A DNA stretch of 35,041 nucleotides from a virus. Lineage: Duplodnaviria; Heunggongvirae; Uroviricota; Caudoviricetes. The notes below the pieces were generated by a model. That model saw only the letters and a program-made list of their open reading frames with translations. It was not told the origin of the DNA and searched no databases. Position numbers and translations under genes: made by a program. Below are positions 28,269-35,041 of the stretch, piece by piece; positions within the stretch are counted from its first letter, which is position 1, and each line of letters opens with the position of its first letter. The stretch is from the IMG/VR virus record IMGVR_UViG_2778261545_000002; one strand, given 5' to 3'.

Positions 28269-28598
28269 TTAAAGCAAATATATTGCCACCGTTCTTCGCC
28301 TTAGATTTATAAAAAATGTGGAGGATACTGCCAGCTTGACAGTCAGCGGCAGTATCTCACCTAGTATTCTGTGCAGCAAGACATAATCTTCCAGCCAGTC
28401 TGACAGGTCAGTAACATCTGTTATCTGGGCTTCAACCTTTCGCCCCGTAAACACACCCTGCACCCATTCATGCAAAATCAACGTGTCCCCGCGCTCATAA
28501 TTACGGTCATTTTTCCGAAACTCTGCGCGTTTCTTTCCTTCCAGCACAAGGTCAAAATATTTTGCGTGCAGCTTTACCTCGTGAATTTTTGCCATCAT
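28269..28598 (-). CDS. Small protein downstream of A (P2 orf91 position), ASCH/PUA-like
   Basis: Start ATG overlaps the A stop (ATGA); HEVKLHAKYFDLVLEGKKRAEFRKNDRNYERGDTLIL resembles ASCH-type domains. Track ORF trimmed to the internal Met. Confidence 0.5.
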   Translation of the reverse strand: MMAKIHEVKLHAKYFDLVLEGKKRAEFRKNDRNYERGDTLILHEWVQGVFTGRKVEAQITDVTDLSDWLEDYVLLHRILGEILPLTVKLAVSSTFFINLRRRTVAIYLL

Positions 28599-30880
28599 TT
28601 CCACTCCATTACTGTTGAGAATCCCGGCCACTCATCAGCGACCGGATACGTGAATTTTTTCCCGTCATAATTTACGGTCGCGCCACGCGCCAGCGCCTCA
28701 AGCTCCCATCGCTGCGGCCTGATACCGTTCTGAGCAAGGTCAACGCGGATACGGGTAATTTGCATTCTTTCCGACCGGGTCAGTCTGGCCGATGGTGCAA
28801 TTTCATGTGGTTTTAACGGGCTTCCGTTTCTTTGCTGACGGTTTGGCGTTCTCAGGTCGTGTTTTAATGCACCCCTGAGCGCCCTCACGACCTCCGGGTC
28901 ATTCCATTCGATAACACCATCATCAACCAGATTAAGCACTGCTGCGGCGTGTTCAGAAGGCGTGGGAGCCGGTGACGAAGTATCACCACTGGTGAGCTTT
29001 CCACAGTTATTGACAGGACTCCGAGGCGCGGCGATGCCGCTTTTTAAAGTCAAAGGCTCAACGACCGGCACTTTCGGAACAATGCGCCAGTTCGTCGTTC
29101 TGGTGATATGAATATGACGCGCGCCGAGATGCGGCGCGTAAATGCCGACCACTCTCTCGACTTCTTCCTCGTACTCGTTAACTTCATCCGACGGACTACG
29201 GGCGACCCTGACAGTCTGACAATCGCGCGGGACATTTGCCCCACCCTGCGCGCTGATATACAGCGCAAAATCGCCACTGTCTGCGGCAGCGCGTGCAGCC
29301 TCGACGCGTTCGTCAAACTCATCAGCAATGCTGACGCCGCGAGGTAATTTGCGTAGTTCACGGTAAGCCCCCATTGTCGGCAGGCCAACCGTTTTAAATT
29401 GCGGAATGCGCCACGTTGACGCCCATGCGGTAACAGCCGCGGCAGTGTCTTTCAGCGGCCTGCCGGTATCGTTATCGAGCTGACCATCCAGTGCATAGCC
29501 GTCGATGTTTTTTGAAATGTATTTCGCGATATACCCCGCAGCACCGCCCCGGTTAAGGTGTTTTGCCTGAAAACGGTTTCGCGCGGCTCCTCTTTCGTCG
29601 CCATCCTCTTTGAGCGCATAGCGACGCATGATTTCGATAATCTGGTTACGCTGGCGCGGATTACAAAAAAGCATCATATGCCAGTGCGGCGTTCCGTCGT
29701 GGTGTGGCTCGACGACACGCAAACCGTAGACCTGTAAATCATTATCCTTGAATGCCGTGCGCATCAGGCTCCAGATACGGCAGAGATAACGCTGCGCATC
29801 CTTTGGATTAAATGCCTCATCGTTCCAGCCGTGATTTAGCTGGACGGTTTTACTTTCGCCTTTTCTGACCTGACGTGTCGGGTGATACTTTGACGGCGCG
29901 GTCAGCGTGATAAACATCCCCACATCACCCTCTGCTGCGGCGTAACGCTCAATACCGGCAATGGTGTTCATCAGCTCCATCCGGCGAATTTCAGGATTAG
30001 AAATACTGCCCATCACCTTACTGATAAGGTCGATGCGCTCGCCGGTTTCCCTGTTTTCAAGGTCACACGCTTTAAGAAATTCCAGATTTGCCTGGCGGCG
30101 CGCACGCACATCACGAATGGCATGTTTACTGGCATAAGGAGAACGGTCTTTATTGACCTCCCCGACAGCTATCAGTAACGCCTCATGCCAGCGCATACGC
30201 TGGCCTTTAAGCTGATGAGTCCACCACTCATCGTTAAACAGGCGGGCAATGGCAGAATATGCCTGCCTCGTGGTCATCTGTCCTTTACGGTATTTTTTCC
30301 AGTAGAGCGGGGAAATATTGAAAGCACGTGCAGCGCCAGCAACATGACCATAGAGGTGAGCCTGCGCCTCATCCGTAAACAGCGATTCTTTTTCGCCATG
30401 TGCATCAACCCAGGCATCGCAGAGTTCCTCATACATCATGAAAAGCTGCGATGAGATACGGGCAGCAAACTTTTTCAGCTCCTTGTCATTCATTCCCGGC
30501 AGGCGCGCATAGTGGTCACGCTCTGCCAGAAACAGCAACGACGCGTCGGTGTTCATTTCATGGCGCTGATTCACACGCTCAATGCGCGGCCATAAACGAC
30601 GCTGAAAAGTGGATGTGAGGAAATAAAACCCGTGCACCGGGCTTTTATTGCGCCGGATGTAGTCATAACGTGAAGTAAACAGCGAGCGCAAAAAGTAAGG
30701 CAGGCGGTTAATCGTGGATAAAACACCTTGCACCTGACGCATCTCGTCACGTGTAAGGGGTCTTTCGCGCCCGACAGCCTCGCGTGGCGCGTTCCATGCA
30801 TAAGCACCGGTAAACGTCTTACCGGTGCCTGCGGCAAATGCTGACGGAGGGACAAAACGCCCGGAGGCTTTAACGGCCAT
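28595..30880 (-). CDS. A: Replication initiation protein A, rolling-circle nickase (761 aa)
   Basis: From the internal Met MAVKASGRFVPPSAFAAGTG... the length is 761 aa, as P2 gpA; sequence matches my recollection of P2 A over its length. Confidence 0.88.
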   Translation of the reverse strand: MAVKASGRFVPPSAFAAGTGKTFTGAYAWNAPREAVGRERPLTRDEMRQVQGVLSTINRLPYFLRSLFTSRYDYIRRNKSPVHGFYFLTSTFQRRLWPRIERVNQRHEMNTDASLLFLAERDHYARLPGMNDKELKKFAARISSQLFMMYEELCDAWVDAHGEKESLFTDEAQAHLYGHVAGAARAFNISPLYWKKYRKGQMTTRQAYSAIARLFNDEWWTHQLKGQRMRWHEALLIAVGEVNKDRSPYASKHAIRDVRARRQANLEFLKACDLENRETGERIDLISKVMGSISNPEIRRMELMNTIAGIERYAAAEGDVGMFITLTAPSKYHPTRQVRKGESKTVQLNHGWNDEAFNPKDAQRYLCRIWSLMRTAFKDNDLQVYGLRVVEPHHDGTPHWHMMLFCNPRQRNQIIEIMRRYALKEDGDERGAARNRFQAKHLNRGGAAGYIAKYISKNIDGYALDGQLDNDTGRPLKDTAAAVTAWASTWRIPQFKTVGLPTMGAYRELRKLPRGVSIADEFDERVEAARAAADSGDFALYISAQGGANVPRDCQTVRVARSPSDEVNEYEEEVERVVGIYAPHLGARHIHITRTTNWRIVPKVPVVEPLTLKSGIAAPRSPVNNCGKLTSGDTSSPAPTPSEHAAAVLNLVDDGVIEWNDPEVVRALRGALKHDLRTPNRQQRNGSPLKPHEIAPSARLTRSERMQITRIRVDLAQNGIRPQRWELEALARGATVNYDGKKFTYPVADEWPGFSTVMEWK

Positions 30881-31145
30881 ATGAGCCAAAAGCCTCTGAA
30901 CAACGCCTGCTGAGTTGCTCAACCTGCGCGTTTAAATCAGCAAAAGACTTTGCGCTTCCGGTCAGAATATCGTGATGCATCAGGCCGGAAACGAGCTGGC
31001 TTAATTTCGGGTAATAACCAACCACCGCCAGCCATTCCTGACCGGCGTTTTTACCGCTTTCCGCTCTCTTTTTCTCGTGGAGAATAAACTGAAAGCTGTC
31101 ACTGGTAACGACATAACGTTCGCCAATTTCAATACGAATACTCAT
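30870..31145 (-). CDS. Small hypothetical protein (P2 orf83 position)
   Basis: ORF in the B-to-A small-gene cluster; no recognisable motif. Confidence 0.5.
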   Translation of the reverse strand: MSIRIEIGERYVVTSDSFQFILHEKKRAESGKNAGQEWLAVVGYYPKLSQLVSGLMHHDILTGSAKSFADLNAQVEQLSRRCSEAFGSYGR

Positions 31146-31366
31146 GCCGTTCTCCGGTAATGTTTGTTTTTTGCTTCAAAGACTGACTGACAGGAAACAC
31201 AACGCGTGGCTGACGGATAAGCCGCACGACGGGCAGCAGGTATTGGCGCGTCACACTCTTCGCAAACCAGCGCAGAAGCACCGCAATGTTTTACCCTTGC
31301 CGCGTTAATCTGGCGCTCCAGTAATTCAGCCTGTTGTTCCTGAATAAAATCTACGTTGTCCGGCAT
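31142..31366 (-). CDS. TraR/DksA-type C4 zinc-finger protein (P2 orf82 position, 74 aa)
   Basis: C-x2-C...C-x2-C in CEECDAPIPAARRAAYPSATRCVSCQ. Confidence 0.65.
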   Translation of the reverse strand: MPDNVDFIQEQQAELLERQINAARVKHCGASALVCEECDAPIPAARRAAYPSATRCVSCQSVFEAKNKHYRRTA

Positions 31367-31368
31367 TA

Positions 31369-31671
31369 TCAGATCCTTTTATCGTTAAGTTTCCTGGATA
31401 CATCAGCGCAATAACTGGCAAGTTCTGTCGTTAATTTTGTCAGTTCATCCACTGAGGAAATTTGCTTGTGGAATACAGCGCGTTTAACAAGTAAATTGAC
31501 CACATCAGACAGGAGGTTTAATTCATTCTGATAAATCGCGATAACAGATTCAGTTATGTCGCGTTTTTCTTTATCAAGACAAAGTTGAATAAGAGACAAA
31601 TCACCATTTTCCATAACGGCGATTTTTAAGGCGTTATTCAGTAATACAACTGAATGAGAACAGGACATCAA
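31369..31671 (-). CDS. Small hypothetical protein (P2 orf81 position)
   Basis: ORF with stop/start overlaps to both neighbours; synteny only. Confidence 0.5.
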   Translation of the reverse strand: MMSCSHSVVLLNNALKIAVMENGDLSLIQLCLDKEKRDITESVIAIYQNELNLLSDVVNLLVKRAVFHKQISSVDELTKLTTELASYCADVSRKLNDKRI

Positions 31672-31925
31672 AGTACCTCCCCGCGAGACAATCCGATATT
31701 GTGAAATTTTTCCGACTCCTGACTGAGCAGCTCGACTATCTCCACGCGGGATAACTCCGCCTTTGTGATGTGGCGAATCATGGCATCAAGATGAGAAGAA
31801 AAACGCGTCGCAGCGTCGGCCTGTGCTTCGGTTCTGGCCTGTTGCAGCAGTAATGCGTATTTACCGCACTGATTTTCAGAAACTGTATGCATGACTTTCT
31901 CCAGGCAAAAAGAAGCCCCGCACAA
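31668..31925 (-). CDS. Small hypothetical protein (P2 orf80 position)
   Basis: Synteny only. Confidence 0.5.
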   Translation of the reverse strand: MCGASFCLEKVMHTVSENQCGKYALLLQQARTEAQADAATRFSSHLDAMIRHITKAELSRVEIVELLSQESEKFHNIGLSRGEVL

Positions 31926-31955
31926 TTAAGTGCGTTAAAAACTCTGGTTAATTAC

Positions 31956-32456
31956 TTAATGCAGATATTGCTCTGGTTTTACCGACGTCAGAATTGTCGG
32001 TGCATACTCAAACAGGCTGAATAATTCACGTAATGCACGGAATAAAGCATCACGCCAGTAACATGACTCTTCATTAATTCGCCAGTATGGCTGGTTAAAT
32101 TCTTTTTCTGTCAGTCGTGCGTGCATAAATAAAGTACGGCGCTGACTGACTGTTAAAAAACTAATATATGCATACTCACTTGCACCGACCTGACGACGTT
32201 TTGAGAATGCCCCACGCAATTCATCAATTGCACAAACCAGCCGTTCACGTTCGACGTCGTTCATTTCTTCAAAACGCATCGTTGCGTGACGCTGTTTTAA
32301 CTGCGCATGGAAGCAAACCGTTAGCCGTTCGCGTTCCATCATCTGATTATAATAATCGCATGTCTCCTGCCAGCGAGGGACGGCAAGATGCTTACCAATT
32401 ATCCGGCGCATAGCTGCTGGCTGTTTTTCGACGAGATTGAGCGTCATCACTGTCAT
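31956..32456 (-). CDS. B: Replication protein B, helicase-loader-like (166 aa)
   Basis: Length and synteny with P2 gpB. Confidence 0.8.
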   Translation of the reverse strand: MTVMTLNLVEKQPAAMRRIIGKHLAVPRWQETCDYYNQMMERERLTVCFHAQLKQRHATMRFEEMNDVERERLVCAIDELRGAFSKRRQVGASEYAYISFLTVSQRRTLFMHARLTEKEFNQPYWRINEESCYWRDALFRALRELFSLFEYAPTILTSVKPEQYLH

Positions 32457-32647
32457 TTCCAGACCCTCCGGCTTTTCAGAAAGGTCAGAGCCTTTTTTAA
32501 CGGACTCTGTTTTTTGGTGCGGATAATGATTCCCTTGCGACCCTTCCCGTGGGTGATGGTGAAGTCAATCGCCCTGGGGCTTTCGTTACGCAGTAACTGA
32601 GCAATACAACGAGGCTCATTCATACGGTTCTCCTTAACGTGGTTCAC
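32453..32647 (-). CDS. Small basic protein (P2 orf78 position)
   Basis: Synteny between cox and B; true start uncertain. Confidence 0.45.
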   Translation of the reverse strand: MNHVKENRMNEPRCIAQLLRNESPRAIDFTITHGKGRKGIIIRTKKQSPLKKALTFLKSRRVWK

Positions 32648-32909
32648 CGAGACCTAACCACATCAACCAGCCGTCACGAATCTCTTTAGGACGGCTTTCA
32701 TAAGCCAGTTTTAGTCCGTTATTCCATGCCGGAAGGTATACCCAATATTCACCAGCACGCCCCGATACTGACTGAGGGTCAGTAATCTCAATAACTGGTA
32801 ATTTCCCTTTCTCAATCATGCCCCTTACAGCTCTTGGAGTTTTACCAATGAGTTTTGCAAACTCCTGATAAGGCACGGCATCAGTCACGCTTACAAGCTG
32901 TCTATTCAT
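32634..32909 (-). CDS. cox: Cox: excisionase and repressor of the lysogenic promoter (91 aa)
   Basis: 91 aa as P2 Cox; transcribed divergently from C across a short switch region. Confidence 0.78.
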   Translation of the reverse strand: MNRQLVSVTDAVPYQEFAKLIGKTPRAVRGMIEKGKLPVIEITDPQSVSGRAGEYWVYLPAWNNGLKLAYESRPKEIRDGWLMWLGLGEPR

Positions 32910-32933
32910 CTGCTACGATTCTCCCTTAGTGCT

Positions 32934-32953
32934 TCTAATGGCTCCTAATGGCT
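32934..32953. promoter_or_regulatory. Tandem 10-bp direct repeat (TCTAATGGCT / CCTAATGGCT) in the cox-C switch region: candidate operator
   Basis: Two helical-turn-spaced repeats between the divergent cox and C starts; P2-family C repressors bind direct repeats in this region. Confidence 0.4.
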
Positions 32954-33030
32954 AATTATTGCCTAAAAGGATAACTCCAGAAGCACAACATTTCACACCA
33001 TCAGCAAGAAATTACGCAATCGGAGTAATT

Positions 33031-33330
33031 ATGTCAATAGACGTTTCGGAGAAGTTGAAGCTAATCCGTGAATCTGAAAGGTTAAACCGTAAAGAATTCA
33101 GTGAATTAACTGGTGTAGCCTACAGCTCACTTTCGAGCTATGAGAGCCGGTCAAAAAACGCTGGAGTTGAAGCCATAATGAAGGTCTTACAACATCCTAG
33201 ATTTACTAAATATACTTTGTGGTTCATGACTGATCAGGTAGCTCCAGAAGCCGGGCAAATTGCGCCCGCTCTCGCACACTTTGGGCAAAACGAAACAACG
33301 TCGCCCCACTCCGGTCAAAAGACTGGTTAA
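33031..33330 (+). CDS. C: Immunity repressor C (99 aa)
   Basis: C-terminal ...FTKYTLWFMTDQVAPEAGQIAPALAHFGQNETTSPHSGQKTG matches P2 C as I recall it; the N-terminal half appears divergent. Track ORF trimmed to the internal Met. Confidence 0.78.
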   Translation: MSIDVSEKLKLIRESERLNRKEFSELTGVAYSSLSSYESRSKNAGVEAIMKVLQHPRFTKYTLWFMTDQVAPEAGQIAPALAHFGQNETTSPHSGQKTG

Positions 33331-33445
33331 CAATTTATCGTGAATATATTCATCACAAGTGCCTACTATTGGTGGCTAAATTTCAGCCACCACGAAAAAA
33401 GCGATTAGTAGTAGCAAAAAAAAGTACCACTCGGAGGGTTTTCTG

Positions 33446-34459
33446 ATGGCAATCAAAAAACTCGATGATGGTCGATATGAAGTGGACATCCGCCCTACTG
33501 GACGTAACGGAAAACGCATCCGTAGGAAGTTTGATAAGAAAAGCGAAGCTGTCGCTTTCGAAAAATACACGTTGTACAACCACCACAATAAAGAATGGCT
33601 ATCAAAACCAACAGACAAACGACGTCTGTCGGAACTGACACAGATCTGGTGGGATTTAAAGGGTAAACACGAAGAGCATGGGAAATCTAATCTTGGAAAA
33701 ATTGAAATCTTCACAAAAATAACGAATGACCCATGCGCATTTCAAATCACGAAATCCCTTATCAGCCAGTACTGCGCCACCCGAAGAAGTCAGGGTATTA
33801 AACCTTCGAGTATCAATCGTGATTTAACATGTATTAGCGGCATGTTTACAGCCCTGATTGAAGCGGAGTTATTCTTTGGTGAGCACCCTATCAGAGGGAC
33901 AAAGAGGCTTAAGGAGGAAAAACCAGAAACAGGCTATCTCACACAGGAAGAAATTGCCTTACTGCTTGCAGCACTTGACGGCGACAATAAAAAGATTGCG
34001 ATTCTTTGCCTGAGTACAGGAGCACGTTGGGGAGAAGCAGCTCGTTTGAAAGCAGAAAATATCATCCATAACCGCGTCACGTTTGTTAAAACGAAAACAA
34101 ACAAACCACGCACCGTCCCGATCTCAGAGGCTGTTGCCAAAATGATCGCGGATAACAAACGAGGTTTTTTATTCCCTGATGCTGATTACCCTCGCTTCAG
34201 ACGAACAATGAAAGCAATAAAACCGGATTTGCCAACGGGGCAAGCCACACATGCACTAAGGCACAGCTTTGCCACTCATTTCATGATTAATGGAGGAAGT
34301 ATTATCACGCTACAACGGATACTAGGTCACACGCGGATTGAGCAAACTATGGTTTACGCTCATTTTGCGCCAGAGTACCTTCAGGACGCCATTTCTCTTA
34401 ATCCGCTAAGAGGTGGTACTGAGGCCGAGAGTGTCCACACAGTGTCCACAGTAGAGTAA
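33446..34459 (+). CDS. int: Tyrosine integrase (337 aa)
   Basis: Same length as P2 Int; C-terminal R...HxxR...Y catalytic pattern (ALRHSFATHF...GHTRIEQTMVYAHF); adjacent to attR. Confidence 0.9.
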   Translation: MAIKKLDDGRYEVDIRPTGRNGKRIRRKFDKKSEAVAFEKYTLYNHHNKEWLSKPTDKRRLSELTQIWWDLKGKHEEHGKSNLGKIEIFTKITNDPCAFQITKSLISQYCATRRSQGIKPSSINRDLTCISGMFTALIEAELFFGEHPIRGTKRLKEEKPETGYLTQEEIALLLAALDGDNKKIAILCLSTGARWGEAARLKAENIIHNRVTFVKTKTNKPRTVPISEAVAKMIADNKRGFLFPDADYPRFRRTMKAIKPDLPTGQATHALRHSFATHFMINGGSIITLQRILGHTRIEQTMVYAHFAPEYLQDAISLNPLRGGTEAESVHTVSTVE

Positions 34460-34538
34460 CGTTTAAGGGCTTTCAGTGGTAATTTATGCCGCTCAAACCC
34501 GCATTGTACCGTTGAAAGCCCCTACTGGTGACACCCTA

Positions 34539-34566
34539 AATCTCCCTTACACGGGCTTATTTTTTA
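34539..34566. repeat. attR core: 28-bp direct repeat identical to 1507..1534
   Basis: Exact match AATCTCCCTTACACGGGCTTATTTTTTA; the flanking bases differ. Confidence 0.85.
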
Positions 34567-34723
34567 TGCATAAGCCCTATCCCTGGTCACCGTCTTCCAT
34601 TGACCACATCGATAGAATCTCCCTTCATAGCACGATGCCTTTCACGTAACGGCATCGTGCTCGCACAGGTTCCGGCTAAGCACAACCAGAACGCGCATGT
34701 TTGACGCTTACCAAAAAATATTC

Positions 34724-35041
34724 TCACTCTCCACATTTGAATGTCAGACGAGCGACGCCATGTAATCCTGCACCTTCTGTCTTCAGGTCAACTATCTGCA
34801 TTTTTTTGCCCTGAGTAACACAGAAATGGGCTGCATCATTTTTTACTATATTTTCTGCACCAGATATTCTGCCCCTGGCTAAAGAAGCTTCGGCTTCGGT
34901 GTAGTATTGGTTATCGAGTTTACGCTGAATATTACTTTTATATGCAAGACCAAATTTACCGATACTTGTCTCATCATTATGCACAGCACAACCAGACATA
35001 ATAAAAATACTAATTAATGATATAGCAGCTATCTTTTTCAT
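34724..35041 (-). CDS. yegR: Host lipoprotein, YegR-like (105 aa)
   Basis: Signal peptide with lipobox MKKIAAISLISIFIMSGC; the start codon is the last three bases of the window; position matches the yegQ-cyaR-yegR locus of E. coli. Confidence 0.6.
   Translation of the reverse strand: MKKIAAISLISIFIMSGCAVHNDETSIGKFGLAYKSNIQRKLDNQYYTEAEASLARGRISGAENIVKNDAAHFCVTQGKKMQIVDLKTEGAGLHGVARLTFKCGE

Larger units (their letters stand above)
1507..34566. mobile_element. Complete P2-like prophage (~33.06 kb) integrated at cyaR
   Basis: Bounded by the 28-bp direct repeats; integrase at one end and ogr at the other; full P2 gene synteny and a P2-type cos site in between. Confidence 0.9.

Noticed and set aside
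33370-33392. Inverted repeat TGGTGGCT-N7-AGCCACCA between C and int
   Set aside because: No U-tract follows the hairpin on either strand, and C and int are co-transcribed in P2. It may be a protein-binding site, but a terminator call is unsupported.
1-35041. CRISPR arrays, tRNA genes, IS elements or transposases
   Set aside because: No short regularly spaced direct repeats, no tRNA-like sequence at the attachment site (the target is the sRNA cyaR instead), and no transposase-like ORFs were seen.

Overview
The window is a complete ~33 kb P2-like (Peduovirus-type) temperate prophage inserted at the 3' end of the host sRNA gene cyaR, between host yegQ (1..1362) and a yegR-like lipoprotein gene (34724..35041). 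It is bounded by a 28-bp direct repeat (1507..1534 and 34539..34566). Gene order is fully syntenic with phage P2: ogr-D-U-T-E/E'-FII-FI-[cargo]-G-H-I-J-W-V-S-R-lysC/B/A-K-Y-X-L-M-N-O (minus strand), divergent P-Q (plus), cos, old-tin (plus), orf91-A-orf83..orf80-B-orf78-cox (minus), C-int (plus). All assignments rest on reading the six-frame translations against remembered P2 protein lengths and sequences; no database search was run. Two AT-rich cargo islands interrupt the GC-rich phage backbone (composition judged by eye). The first (about 8440..10520, the P2 Z/fun position between FI and G) carries a single 598-602 aa ORF with an N-terminal sigma-70 region-4-like helix-turn-helix and a C-terminal 4-Cys HNH nuclease motif. 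I cannot match it to any characterised defence protein from memory, and it is the main candidate for an undescribed anti-phage system. It is bracketed by two copies of a ~30-bp hairpin-forming element. The second island (about 25380..28260, between cos and gene A) encodes an OLD-family ATPase/Toprim nuclease and a Tin-like protein. Other points worth a second look are the E/E' programmed -1 frameshift site, a 132-bp tandem repeat array in tail fibre gene H, and an apparent scar of an earlier integration just outside attR.
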